From assembly GCA_963762565.1 (NCBI GenBank), contig CAVXLD010000001.1:256001-320000 (forward strand): a stretch of 64,000 nt of DNA, read 5' to 3'. Below are positions 48,265-58,458 of this stretch, one piece after another. The notes under the pieces are model-generated. The model had not been told where the DNA came from and ran no database searches. It saw only the letters and a list, made by a program, of their open reading frames with translations. The DNA comes from an uncultured Verrucomicrobiae bacterium. Lineage in GTDB: Bacteria > Verrucomicrobiota > Verrucomicrobiia > Chthoniobacterales > JAFAMB01. Position 1 is the stretch's first letter. Every line of letters begins with the position of its first letter. The position numbers were made by a program, and so were the translations under genes.

Positions 48265-48714
48265 TTACGATGGGTACCCGCCGGCAATGTATTGCTCAAG
48301 ATGCTCGATCGTTGCGGTCTGTGCCGAGATCACCCATTTGAGCGAGTCGCCGATCGATAGGATGCCAATCAGCTTTCCGTTTTCTAAGACGGGAAGATGA
48401 CGAACACGTTTTTCTGTCATCATCCGCATACATCCGGTCAGGCTCTCATTCGGATGCGTCACGACGAGGTCGGTCGACATGATTTCGCTAACCCGGGTCT
48501 CTTTCGAGGCTCTTCCCCTTAGAATGACCTTACGCGTGTAGTCGCGTTCAGAGATAATTCCAAGGAGTGGTCCATCGTCCACCACAGGTAGCGCACCCAC
48601 GTTTTTGTCGGCCATCATTTTGATGGCGTCGTAGACCGTCGTGTCAGAACGAACAGTCCAAACCGTCGAACCCTTATGCGCCAGGATCCAGCTAACTGTA
48701 CCGGCAACTTCCAT
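48265..48714 (-). CDS. CBS-domain pair protein
   Basis: GIISERDY, RVRHLPV, LSIGD. Confidence 0.92.
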   Translation of the reverse strand: MEVAGTVSWILAHKGSTVWTVRSDTTVYDAIKMMADKNVGALPVVDDGPLLGIISERDYTRKVILRGRASKETRVSEIMSTDLVVTHPNESLTGCMRMMTEKRVRHLPVLENGKLIGILSIGDSLKWVISAQTATIEHLEQYIAGGYPS

Positions 48715-49015
48715 AAGATTGGGGAACTAAACCTGCCGCAGATTCTGGAGAGGTTCAAAGGAAATCTGGAGGAGGGACGAAACGGCGAATGGGCGCACCG
48801 GCGAAAGGGCGAAAGGGCGAGCCGACGCATCGGCCAAATTTAGGCCAGAAGCTACCTTAGCAGCGAAGCCGCGCCTCATGAAAGCCTGGGCGAAACCCTA
48901 GGTAGGCACAAACACGGCGGCAAGCGCAGCTTCGCCCTTTCGCCGGCGCGCCCGCTCGCCGTTTCGCCCTCCTGGCTCCTTTACCTCACGGCCTCCCATC
49001 CATTATCCTGCCCAG

Positions 49016-50401
49016 ATGGCCACTCCTACTCCCCCCGTGCAAAGTGAGAGCCCAAGCGCACGTAACCCGTTAAACCGGATCACTGCCTTCTTCGTCTATT
49101 TGTTCGAGCGGATCACTCCCGATCCCTATATCTTCGCAGTTACTTTAACCATCATCACGGGCGTGCTGGCTGCTCTGTTGGCGCCGAAAGGGTCTCTCCC
49201 GGACATTCTGAATGGTTGGTACGCCGGTATCTTCCAGATCCTGGCTTTCGCGTTTCAGATGGTCCTGATCCTGGTCACCGGATATGCTTTATCCAATTCG
49301 CGACCGATACGCTTCGTCCTGGATTGGCTCGCTTCTCGACCGAAGACGCCCCGCGCAGCCGTCGTTCTCACAATCCTGGTGGTCATGGTCACCTCCTTCA
49401 TTAATTGGGGATGCGGCTTAGTTGTAGCCGGGCTTCTCGCTCGAGAAATTGCCAAACGAATTCGGATCGATTTTGGCTGGCTAGTCGCCGGTGCGTATTC
49501 TGGGTGGATCATCTGGGCGAGCGGATTCTCCAGCTCAATTGCACTTTCCCAGGCGACGCCCGGATCGTCCCTAAACCTGGTGCAGAAACTGACCGGACAA
49601 GTGCTCCCTTTGAGCGACATGTTGTTCTCGCCGTTTAATCTCGTGCCGGTCATCGCGGTTGTGATCCTGATTCCGGTTCTTTACTGCGCCATCATGCCAA
49701 GCGCTGAAGACACCGTTGCAGCGGATCCGGCACGATTAGGGGCCGAAGAGACCCATACTAAACACAGCCGTCCCTGGACGATCGCAGATCGTCTGGAGCA
49801 CGCCTGGATCTTGACCTTGATCCTGGTAATCGCTGGAGCAGCTGCCCTGTTCTTGAGCTGGTCGAAAACGGGGATCTCGCTTGACCTGAACTCGATTATT
49901 TTCCTCTTCCTCCTAGCCGGTCTCTTACTGCATTGGACCCCAATCAATTATGTACGGGCGGTGAACCAGGCAGCCCGGGTCACCGGGCCACTGATTCTGC
50001 AATACCCTCTGTACGGTGGGATAATGGGGATCATGAGCGCAACCGGGCTGGCAAACGTGATTGCGAAAGCCTTCGTTTCATTCTCGAACGCGCACACTTT
50101 GCCGTTCTGGAACTATATCGCCTCGCTGATCATCAGCCTTTTTATCCCTAGTGGCGGCGGCCACTGGGCAGTTCAAGGACAGTTCACAGTTTCGGCGGCA
50201 GCCCAACTGCACGCTTCTCAAGCCGCAACCGCGATGGGCGTCGCCATGGGTGAACAGGTTGCGAATATGATTCAGCCGTTTTGGGCGTTACCAGTTTTAG
50301 CCATCGCCGGCATCAGCCTCCGCCGCGTAATGGGCTTTACCGTCATGTCGTTCTTCGTCGGGGTCGTTGTGTTTGGTCTGGCGCTGCTATTTTTAGTGTG
50401 A
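49016..50401 (+). CDS. Short-chain fatty acid transporter, AtoE family
   Basis: FAFQMVLILVTG, QYPLYGGIMG, PSGGGHWAVQG, NMIQPFWALP. Confidence 0.9.
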   Translation: MATPTPPVQSESPSARNPLNRITAFFVYLFERITPDPYIFAVTLTIITGVLAALLAPKGSLPDILNGWYAGIFQILAFAFQMVLILVTGYALSNSRPIRFVLDWLASRPKTPRAAVVLTILVVMVTSFINWGCGLVVAGLLAREIAKRIRIDFGWLVAGAYSGWIIWASGFSSSIALSQATPGSSLNLVQKLTGQVLPLSDMLFSPFNLVPVIAVVILIPVLYCAIMPSAEDTVAADPARLGAEETHTKHSRPWTIADRLEHAWILTLILVIAGAAALFLSWSKTGISLDLNSIIFLFLLAGLLLHWTPINYVRAVNQAARVTGPLILQYPLYGGIMGIMSATGLANVIAKAFVSFSNAHTLPFWNYIASLIISLFIPSGGGHWAVQGQFTVSAAAQLHASQAATAMGVAMGEQVANMIQPFWALPVLAIAGISLRRVMGFTVMSFFVGVVVFGLALLFLV

Positions 50402-50699
50402 AGACGTTCGGCGCAAACCGACGTTTGCTGGTAAGGCGTTCGATAAGATGCGATCGGCCTCCGCAAAGCCTGCGGCGCGACAGGCGCCTCGGAACCCAAC
50501 GCACGCTCAACACGCTGAACTTTAGAACGTCTCTTAGATCGTTCCACGCGCACAGGGAGCCGCAGCAGTCCACGCGGTTCGGCCTGCCTCGTAATAATTC
50601 CTATTCTCGCTTCAAGGACGGAACCTTTCTAATGCGGCTCCCCTCCGTCATGGGTGGTGCGTGCAGCGCCACCTGCTGCTACGTCGTTGCCCAGCCCTT

Positions 50700-51341
50700 T
50701 CAAATCCGAAACGACAACATAAGCAGCCCCGCTAAAATGAGACTGCAAGACCAAACCAGGTCAACGTTGAACCACGACTTACGGAGGATCGTGAGACCGG
50801 CGATATCATAAACCAGCCAGGCTACTATTCCGGCAACGACGAACTGCGAGACTGAGTGTAGACAGACACCCGGGATCGAATTGTAGAATCCTGCTAACGA
50901 GGTGGCGGACTGAGGCGAGGACGAGAGCGCGCACCAGGCGCCGCCGCCGGAAAGAAACACCGGTAGCAACATGAGGCCGGCGCCGTGCGCGCTGGCCATC
51001 AGGCAGGACCACCAGGTCAAGTCGCGAAAGTTTACCCGCATCCCGACCCAACGCGGATGGCGGCCCCGGATCAGTCGCCAACTCCCCAGGCCGGCCAAGG
51101 CTAAAGCCGCAGCCAAAGCAAACCAGGTGGTGGAGATGTAATGTCCCACCAGGAAGGCTAGTCCGATGATTGCGAATACGGAGACCGTGTGTCCAAGCGC
51201 AATCGCGCACATCGCTTGGAAAATGGCTGTCCTGGAGCGGTTCTGAAGCCCAAGACTGACCGCGAACAGCCAGCCCATGCCGGGATTCAAACCGTGCCAA
51301 GCCCCTAACCCGGCCAATGCGATCCAAGGCCAAGTATTCAC
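50700..51341 (-). CDS. Membrane protein with His motifs, downstream of the SBP56 gene
   Basis: GAWHGLNPGMGWLFAV, MASAHGAGLML; multi-TM. Confidence 0.8.
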   Translation of the reverse strand: MNTWPWIALAGLGAWHGLNPGMGWLFAVSLGLQNRSRTAIFQAMCAIALGHTVSVFAIIGLAFLVGHYISTTWFALAAALALAGLGSWRLIRGRHPRWVGMRVNFRDLTWWSCLMASAHGAGLMLLPVFLSGGGAWCALSSSPQSATSLAGFYNSIPGVCLHSVSQFVVAGIVAWLVYDIAGLTILRKSWFNVDLVWSCSLILAGLLMLSFRI

Positions 51342-51378
51342 GAGCTGTTACCTCCGTTGAGCGTCAAAAGCCAATTAA

Positions 51379-51522
51379 GATCCGCAGATTTCACAGATTA
51401 CGCAGATTTCGGTTTTAGGCTTGGGCAACTCTTCAGATAAAAACCTATTTCTGGCTCGGTGGATTTTCGGAGCCCCACGGCAGCATCTGAACCCCAAATC
51501 GAAATCTGCGTAATCTGCGGAT
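51379..51522. repeat. Inverted (cgcagat..)n/(atctgcg..)n pair; also 57626-57719
   Basis: Directly visible. Confidence 0.75.
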
Positions 51523-51543
51523 TTTTCATCTTTTGAATCTGGG

Positions 51544-52968
51544 TTAAGAGGGAAAACAGTACGAATCCGAAGAGGTATCGCCGCCTTCTAACCGAACCTG
51601 GTGGAGACGATGGTCGCTAGTCTGGACGAAAAACCGAGGATCAAAGCGCAACGAGCCGTCTTCGCCGGCCTCCGCTTTGACCATCCAGGTCCGGACCCCA
51701 TCCGGATAAAACTGTTCATCCCATGATTGGTAAAGCGAGTTGGTCAGATAGACGCGTTTTCCGTCGCGGCTCAATTCCACCATTTGGGGACCCCCATTAA
51801 GGGCCTCAGCCGGGCGCGAAGGATGCGGCGCTCGCTTGACGATCCCTCCAATTGGCAACACCGCGGTCAGCTTTGGCTGGTCCGGGGTCGAGACGTCATA
51901 CCGATGGAGTTCACCCGTGCCCCAGCAGGAAACGTAAAGCCAGCGATCGTCCAGCGACAGATTCAAGTCTGTCACCAGGGGAGGTACGGCGCCGAACCCT
52001 TGGAGCAAGGGCGGCAGAGCGGCGGCATCGGCGGGTTGAGCCGGGATCTCAATCACCTTTTTGATTTCCCAATCGCCTGCCCGCTGGCGCCAGAGCCAGA
52101 TTGATGCCGACAAATCCTTCAATGAAACCACCACTCCGACATACCCAAATGTCTTGGTCGGATCATGAGAGGGGCGCAGTTCCAAGACCATCTGATGTTC
52201 GCTCCCCAAATCGAGAACCTTTGAATGCTTGCGTTTCCGAAGATCCCAGAAATGGAGCTGGTGTCCGTATTTTGCGCCCAACAGAGTCTCAGGCTGTAGG
52301 CCTCCCTCGATCATCTGCGGTGTCCCCCATTCGCTGCTCATGAGGACGTCCTGGCCGAGATGCCAGGAAAAATCATACGCCAGCTCCTGAGGTCCTCGAT
52401 CCACTTCCCACCGGCCGAGGACGTTAAAGTCGTAATGATCGAGGATAAAAATTCCTCCCGGTCCAGCGCCGTCCGGGGCGCCCAGCGCACTTAAATAAAT
52501 GCCGTCCGGCCCACAATGTACCGTATGCGGCCGCGAATAACCCGCCCGTTTGAACACTTCTTCCGGTTCAATTGTTTTAACGATCCGCAGATTGGTTGGA
52601 TCCGGTTTCGTATCGATTACATGAATCCGAGAAGAACGAAGCCCCGGAACGATCAGGTATCGCCGTTCCACATGAGGATGCGGCGCGTAAGGACAAAGCG
52701 TTGCACTACAGGCATTCCATCCGAAGTGATGGAGCTCGTCCCCGATATCGGGGAAATCGACCCGGCTCAGGATCTGGCCATACCTAGAAGAAGACGGATC
52801 AACATCGATGACATAGAGCGCATCCGCTCGCGACCTCTGGTCGGGTGCTAAACCGGCCACGTAAGCATAGCGTTCAGCCGGCGCTTCCATCGCGAGCCGT
52901 GCTGTTGGATAAAACGTAGGATCAACAGTCCAGCGGAGCGGACTGGTAGAAAGACCGAGGTTTGCCAT
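51544..52968 (-). CDS. SBP56 selenium-binding/methanethiol oxidase-family protein
   Basis: DELHHFGWNACS, RPHTVHC, GGPQM, GGDTSSD. Confidence 0.93.
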   Translation of the reverse strand: MANLGLSTSPLRWTVDPTFYPTARLAMEAPAERYAYVAGLAPDQRSRADALYVIDVDPSSSRYGQILSRVDFPDIGDELHHFGWNACSATLCPYAPHPHVERRYLIVPGLRSSRIHVIDTKPDPTNLRIVKTIEPEEVFKRAGYSRPHTVHCGPDGIYLSALGAPDGAGPGGIFILDHYDFNVLGRWEVDRGPQELAYDFSWHLGQDVLMSSEWGTPQMIEGGLQPETLLGAKYGHQLHFWDLRKRKHSKVLDLGSEHQMVLELRPSHDPTKTFGYVGVVVSLKDLSASIWLWRQRAGDWEIKKVIEIPAQPADAAALPPLLQGFGAVPPLVTDLNLSLDDRWLYVSCWGTGELHRYDVSTPDQPKLTAVLPIGGIVKRAPHPSRPAEALNGGPQMVELSRDGKRVYLTNSLYQSWDEQFYPDGVRTWMVKAEAGEDGSLRFDPRFFVQTSDHRLHQVRLEGGDTSSDSYCFPS

Positions 52969-53267
52969 AAACAGTTTGTCCTATGGTGAACATGAAACTG
53001 GGGGTTAAAAAACGGGAGCTAGTCAGTCCCCCCGGCGAAGGAAAAAACCACCGTTACCCGACTGTATCACCAGGGTATCGATTGGCTACGCGTTTTGCAA
53101 TCGCGAATTTAGACCCCGAATGCCCGAAAATCTATAAGGGGCACGCAGTGGCGTAGAACGGCCCTTTCTGCAGACCACGCCAGCGGCGCTGCGAACGGAT
53201 AGGACCTATGCGACCTATAGGACTTATAGGTGATATCTGTCCTATAGGTCCTATTTGTTCGCAGGGT

Positions 53268-54254
53268 TCAGCGCGCAGCGTGCCCATCTGCGGTTCCTTT
53301 CCTGGATTGCGACGGAGGCTGCCCAAAGGCGCCGGTCCAGAGACGACGGAAATGCCGAACATCCGCAAAACCGCAGCGTTCCGCGACCACCTCAAGCGTG
53401 AGGCGATGATCGCGCATCAGGGAAGCCGCCATTTCCAGGCGAACCCTTTGTTGATACTGTAACGGCGTCAGGCCGGTATTCGCTCTAAAAGCGCGTGTGA
53501 GAGTCGATTCACTCATAGCGGCAAGAGAAGCCAAGCGAGCCAGAGGGGCGGGCTCAGCCGGATGTTCATTTAACCAATCCTGTACTCGGTGCACACCAAC
53601 ATGCAGGTGAGCCCGGTAATCGAGGAACACATTCAACTGATGATGCGCTCCGGTACGACGAAAATAAACAACCAGGTCGCGGGCAACCCGCGCTGTCATT
53701 TGCGGACCATAATCTTGTTCGACAAAGGAAAGCGCCAGATCGATCCCGGACGCTATGCCAGCGCTCGTCGTCACACCTCTGTCATGAACGAACAGAACGT
53801 TATCCACAACATCCGCCTTGGGATATCGCCGTTGCAGTTCCTTTACACAAGACCAATGGGTGGTGCAGCGACGCCCATCTAGAAGTCCGGCTTCTCCCAA
53901 ACCGAACGCGCCGGAGCAGACTGAGCCGACGGTAGCCCCGGAACGATGCGCGACTCGCAAATAATCGCGTAAAAATTCCTCTAGCACCTCCCGCCGGGTA
54001 CGGCCATGCCAGCGAACCCCCGAAACAATCACCAGATCATTTCCGTCCAACCCACTAGCCGGAATCATCGGACCGAAACCGGTCAATGCGAGCCCCACCG
54101 CGCTCGGGACCTGTGGCGTTGAACCTGTGAAATGAAGCCGATAGTTACACCCGCAGCCATTGGCCGAATCAAACGCCTGAACCGGACCGGCCAAATCGAG
54201 CAAATGAACCCCCGGCGCAACAATGAAAATGACGCGTCGTTCAGGATGCTTCAC
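53268..54254 (-). CDS. GlxA-family AraC regulator with DJ-1 domain
   Basis: SVCSGAF, TTHW, TSAGIASGID, C-terminal AraC HTH; GTG start after AGGAGA. Confidence 0.9.
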   Translation of the reverse strand: MKHPERRVIFIVAPGVHLLDLAGPVQAFDSANGCGCNYRLHFTGSTPQVPSAVGLALTGFGPMIPASGLDGNDLVIVSGVRWHGRTRREVLEEFLRDYLRVAHRSGATVGSVCSGAFGLGEAGLLDGRRCTTHWSCVKELQRRYPKADVVDNVLFVHDRGVTTSAGIASGIDLALSFVEQDYGPQMTARVARDLVVYFRRTGAHHQLNVFLDYRAHLHVGVHRVQDWLNEHPAEPAPLARLASLAAMSESTLTRAFRANTGLTPLQYQQRVRLEMAASLMRDHRLTLEVVAERCGFADVRHFRRLWTGAFGQPPSQSRKGTADGHAAR

Positions 54255-54296
54255 AACAACTCTCCTAACCACGGACTTCGTTCTCGAATCGAGCGC

Positions 54297-54534
54297 TTTT
54301 GTGGAGCGCTGCCTTGCTTGCGAGGCCGTAGGGGTCGCCACCCGTGGAGCGCTGCCTTGCTTGCAAGGCCGTGGTGAGCAGAGGTTGACGGTCCGGATAT
54401 GTCGCATGATTTGACGGCGCTTTCTCGTGCGTGCCGAGGCAAAAGTCGCGACATAGAGCGCAGACAGACATTGGGTATTCATCGTTATGCTCCGTTGTTA
54501 ACAACGGCCTCGCAAGCGAGGCGCGCTCCACAAA
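54297..54534. repeat. Cluster of three family C REPs (two minus, one plus)
   Basis: Copies at 54301-54329, 54342-54374, 54504-54531. Confidence 0.85.
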
Positions 54535-55134
54535 TCACGTCAACGATTCCAAAACCTCCTTTGTAGAAACGATATTCGCGAATCGACCGGCTAGCGCATA
54601 TTCGGTCCTTCGTACCACTTCGTCGGTCGACAACTCCGGCCCACCGGCCCAATGAGGGATAGCAAAGGTTAAAGTGGCATCCGTCACAAAATCGACTTGA
54701 TAACCCCGGTCGGAGGCGTCTCGAGTCGTGGTTTCGCAACACTGCTCCGTTTGGATACCCGTCACCCGGAGACGCTTGATTTCCCATTGGGTAAGTCGCC
54801 GGGCTAAATCAGTACTGGCAAAGGCGCTAATGGTTGTCTTCTGAAGCACAACTTCGCCCGGCCTGGGAACCACGAAATCCATGAACCGATAGAAAGGAGA
54901 TTTCGGATTGAAATGGCTCTCCGGTTTTAAATTCTGGTGTAACAAGAAAACGATGGGCAAGGCCGCAGTTCGATAAACTTCAATCAATTTGGTTACGTTC
55001 GATTCGAAGGCAGAATTGTTGCGTGTGGCCCAGGTAATAGAATCAGCCTTAAACGATTCTTGCACGTCAATCACCAATAGGACTGATCCAGGCAAACCGC
55101 TAGTTGTATTAGTTTTATAGTTTGAGCTACTCAT
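54535..55134 (-). CDS. Isochorismatase/cysteine hydrolase
   Basis: LLVIDVQ, KTTISAF, GIQTEQCCETT. Confidence 0.92.
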   Translation of the reverse strand: MSSSNYKTNTTSGLPGSVLLVIDVQESFKADSITWATRNNSAFESNVTKLIEVYRTAALPIVFLLHQNLKPESHFNPKSPFYRFMDFVVPRPGEVVLQKTTISAFASTDLARRLTQWEIKRLRVTGIQTEQCCETTTRDASDRGYQVDFVTDATLTFAIPHWAGGPELSTDEVVRRTEYALAGRFANIVSTKEVLESLT

Positions 55135-55206
55135 TCCTGCAATCTATGCGACACAACCCTTCACGACGAGGGTCGATCCAGTCAAAAATAGGACGGATCT
55201 GGGCAC

Positions 55207-55418
55207 CTGGAGGGGAGCCGCTTTATAGGACGGCAGTTCTACTGGATGCTAGCAAGCGGCTCCCGCGAACGACCCAGCGTTACCCATCCTACCTGTCGGC
55301 CTGAACTAACACCTGCCCATTAGAAGAGCCCTGGGGAATATGGCGCGTGGAACCGTTCCCGGGAGCCGCTTGCTACCAAATTACAGAACTGCCATTCTAT
55401 AAAGCGGCTCCCCTCCAG
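55207..55418. repeat. Family A element with well-paired arms
   Basis: CTGGAGGGGAGCCGCTTTATAG ... CTATAAAGCGGCTCCCCTCCAG. Confidence 0.9.
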
Positions 55419-55446
55419 ACGCTTTCCGCCGTCGCTTACCACACCC

Positions 55447-56076
55447 CTACTGGCTCGACCCCGGACACTGGTCGCTCAAGTGGTTGAGGTTTTCGTGATC
55501 CTGGGCAAACACGATTTTATCGTTTCCAGCGGGAACGCGTAGGATATCAATCCGATCATATTCATCGCCCGGCCAGTCGGGCACTTGCTTGGGATCGCCG
55601 CCCTTCATCTGCACCAAGTCTTTGACCATCTGATTGAGATAATGATGTTCCCAAACAATCAAAATAACCTGACCGGCGCGTTCCGGGCTCAACAACTCGT
55701 TTTCCAGATCTTTGATCTGGTCATAGTGATGATCGCAACTTACCGGCATCCCTAACCGAATCGCAGTCGGCTCGATCGTGGCTAACGGACGCAGATAATC
55801 GAAAGTACCAGCAGGGTCGTGTACTTTCCCGGTCGGATCGGGCGCATAAATTTGGTCCGGTTTACCAAACTTCGATAAGAGTACCGCGGGAAGCGCCAGG
55901 GCCCGGTTCAATCCTTGACAGTTGATTTGCCCTAGGCCGGCCACCGGCTTTTCCGCGTGCCGGATGAAAACAATGGTTTCAACCTTAGCATCCAGAGCAT
56001 TGGCCGGCTGTTGGGCCTGCCCCTGCAGATGTGTCGCTAAAGCCAGGATCAGTGAGAGTGCGCACAGTGTTCGCAT
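55447..56076 (-). CDS. Secreted histidine-phosphatase-like protein
   Basis: Signal peptide; IRHAEKP, RPLATI, VWEH. Confidence 0.75.
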   Translation of the reverse strand: MRTLCALSLILALATHLQGQAQQPANALDAKVETIVFIRHAEKPVAGLGQINCQGLNRALALPAVLLSKFGKPDQIYAPDPTGKVHDPAGTFDYLRPLATIEPTAIRLGMPVSCDHHYDQIKDLENELLSPERAGQVILIVWEHHYLNQMVKDLVQMKGGDPKQVPDWPGDEYDRIDILRVPAGNDKIVFAQDHENLNHLSDQCPGSSQ

Positions 56077-56160
56077 AGCGAAAAGTAATCAGTAATCAGT
56101 GTATACAGTATCAGTATCCGAACTAGGCGACGCCCAGCGTCCACTGATTACTGATTTACT

Positions 56161-56228
56161 GCCTCGCTTGCGAGACCGTGGCGAGCAGAGGGTGACGGTC
56201 CGGATATGTCGCATGATTTGGCAGCGCT
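56161..56228. repeat. Family C hairpin plus a flank duplicated from 54354-54421
   Basis: 61/68 identical by manual alignment. Confidence 0.8.
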
Positions 56229-56249
56229 CCACCGGTTCCTACCGCCCCT

Positions 56250-56284
56250 AAACAGAACCGCCAGGTCCCTGTGGACCTGGCGGT
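56250..56284 (-). terminator. Possible intrinsic terminator
   Basis: Perfect 12-bp stem accgccaggtcc/ggacctggcggt, 4-nt loop, weak U tail (tctgttt) on the minus strand. Confidence 0.45.
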
Positions 56285-56389
56285 AACTACACCTTCGCTC
56301 TGTTGAAGTTCCTAGATTGAACTACGGGGAAGATCTCGAATCCGGGCGTAAACCTCGATCAGTTTATGACCAGAGGCCAAAATCCTATG

Positions 56390-56790
56390 TGAGAGGTGAG
56401 AAGTGAGACGCGAGCAGTGAGAGGCGCCTTGGGACGGCAGAGGTTGGGAGCTAAGGGATTTTGAGAACCAGAGAGGCTTATCGTCCGCGACTTCACTCCG
56501 GCCACTGGCGTCCAAGCACCCTTCACCATTCACTTCTCACATCTCACTTCTCACGTAGGAGCGAGCGGGCCAGCAGAAGGAGCTAGGAGCTAGAATCTAG
56601 GAGCTAGGAGAGTGCGCAGCGGCAGGTGCTCGTTCTCGTCGTCGTTCCTCCTCCTCGATTCTAGGCGTGTGGAGAATCCTGGAACGCAAACCTTACGTCA
56701 AAAACCGTGGGCTAAAACCGAGCTGCAGAATCAAAGTCGAGGACGATTACCGTCGAGCTGGTGCGCCTCTCCTAGCTCCTAGCTCCTCCG
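56390..56790. repeat. Stack of inverted micro-repeat pairs: (gtgagaa)/(ttctcac), then (aggagct)/(agctcct) enclosing (tcgtc)/(gacga)
   Basis: Directly visible. Confidence 0.7.
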
Positions 56791-56793
56791 CCC

Positions 56794-57555
56794 TCACCTG
56801 GTCCAATGGCCCCCGACCGAGCTTAGAACCGGTACAATCCCGTTCAGCGCTTCTTGGCGATTGGAATAGTCGACCTTTCCGACGGCTCCGATCATTGGGA
56901 CACCGGTCGCAGCGTGGAATTTTTGACTCATGCTTTCGCCGGTATAGCAACCCCAGCTCTTGACATATGCGCCAGGAGCAAACAGCCCGCGATGCAGCTC
57001 TGCCAGCTGATTCTGATGGAGCCATGACTTCGAGCTGCTCCCCACCTGGTTCGAATAGTCGAACATGAACGCGTCTTGATTCGAATGACCAAAATATTCG
57101 AAGTCGGCGATTTTTATCTGTTGCCTTGGTTTTCCCGCGTTCAGGTATTGAATCACGGCCTCGCCGTTTTCGATCGGGACCAAGTTCAGTCCGTAAGCAT
57201 CCCGAACGGAGTAAACCAACGGGATTAGATCGCGTTTCTCTTGAGCGGAACGAGACCGATACCCATCGAGATAGATCAATAGGGTCACGATCGCGGCAGG
57301 ATTATTTTTAACCACCGGTTGTAGTTCCTGGATCCGGGTTCGCGCGGCACGTACGAAACACCCCCAATAGTTGTCATGCGGCTCGTCCTTATATTGTTCC
57401 CAGAGGTGCAATGACGGGCCGCCGCAGAGGAAGATGTATTCGTACGGATGCCTGGCGTCAGCAACCGGAACGGCCGGGGGAGGCGCTTCAGTCTGGCCGC
57501 GAGCTGTCCCCGCCGCCAAAACAAGGAATAGGGCGAGACAACGAACGAGATTCAT
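56794..57555 (-). CDS. Secreted hypothetical protein
   Basis: Signal peptide MNLVRCLALF; FEYFGHSN and KSWGCYTG (possible His/Cys dyad). Confidence 0.75.
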   Translation of the reverse strand: MNLVRCLALFLVLAAGTARGQTEAPPPAVPVADARHPYEYIFLCGGPSLHLWEQYKDEPHDNYWGCFVRAARTRIQELQPVVKNNPAAIVTLLIYLDGYRSRSAQEKRDLIPLVYSVRDAYGLNLVPIENGEAVIQYLNAGKPRQQIKIADFEYFGHSNQDAFMFDYSNQVGSSSKSWLHQNQLAELHRGLFAPGAYVKSWGCYTGESMSQKFHAATGVPMIGAVGKVDYSNRQEALNGIVPVLSSVGGHWTR

Positions 57556-57766
57556 CTCAAACGCACAACTCAAGACCCTCAGATTAACCACGAATGGGCA
57601 CGAATTGATACGAATAAAAAAGAACAACCGCAGATGTACGCAGATTAAGCCCGGCAAAATCGTGGGCTGAGTTTCTCCCTAGGAAATCATCTGCGTAAAT
57701 CTGCGTTCATCTGCGGTTAAGTTCTTCGCCTTACATTCTTGTCGATTCGCGGTTCAAATTCCGGCT

Positions 57767-58339
57767 TCATTGGTAGGTCGGCTGGGAACCGCCCCTGGGC
57801 CACCCTTGGAACATCTGGCGATCGCGAATGAAAAAAGGAGACCAAATCGGATCCGGATTCGGCGCGATCAACTCAGCCCGCTTCAGCACGAATTCTGAGC
57901 AGAACCGGCCGGCGGAGGCATCATAAATTTGATCTCCTGAAAAATAGCCGTAAAGCCGGTATTCACTTCCGTTGTCGGACCCGATCTGACTGCGAACGCG
58001 ATCAGGTGCGAATTGAAATTTTTCGTTCAGGATAACGAGCTTGGCTGTCTTCCAGTTCTGCCGTGGCGAACGGACGTATCCCCAGATAGCGAAAGGCGGA
58101 GAATAAACTCGCCGTCCGATATAGAAATCCCCAACTGGTTCAGCGGCAATCTGTTGAGCGATAGCGGCAGACTGCAAGAATGGCGAAGCTTGGGGAGTAT
58201 TAGTCGCGCATCCGGCCAGGAGGAGGAAGAGCGAAACGGCGTATGGGCGTGTCGGCGTATCGGCGTATCGGCGTAGGAACGTGCGCAGGCCGTGGAGCGT
58301 GCCTCGCTTGCGAGGCCGTGGCAAGCAAGGAGGAATCAC
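57767..58339 (-). CDS. Hypothetical lipoprotein
   Basis: LLLAGC lipobox; globular IGRR..WGYVR..LNEK..YGYFSGD domain; start uncertain. Confidence 0.7.
   Translation of the reverse strand: MIPPCLPRPRKRGTLHGLRTFLRRYADTPTRPYAVSLFLLLAGCATNTPQASPFLQSAAIAQQIAAEPVGDFYIGRRVYSPPFAIWGYVRSPRQNWKTAKLVILNEKFQFAPDRVRSQIGSDNGSEYRLYGYFSGDQIYDASAGRFCSEFVLKRAELIAPNPDPIWSPFFIRDRQMFQGWPRGGSQPTYQ
58290..58321 (-). repeat. Family C REP
   Basis: Reverse complement of the 13673 copy. Confidence 0.88.
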
Positions 58340-58458
58340 TTAGAAGCTCCCTCCGTCATCTGCACTCTGTACCGATGAGAAAAGAAGCGAGTAGGTTCTA
58401 GCACGGGCGTCACCAAGCCGGAATACATGGCAAACACCGGAGAATTCCGCAATCGAAA

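Noticed and set aside
54255..54482. Long N-terminus of the GlxA regulator
   Set aside because: Made of family C repeats; a GTG with an AGGAGA RBS at 54254 fits the domain start.
56285..56390. Possible riboswitch or sRNA before the 56257 hairpin
   Set aside because: Only a weak hairpin and no motif I can match to a known RNA family; needs an Rfam scan.
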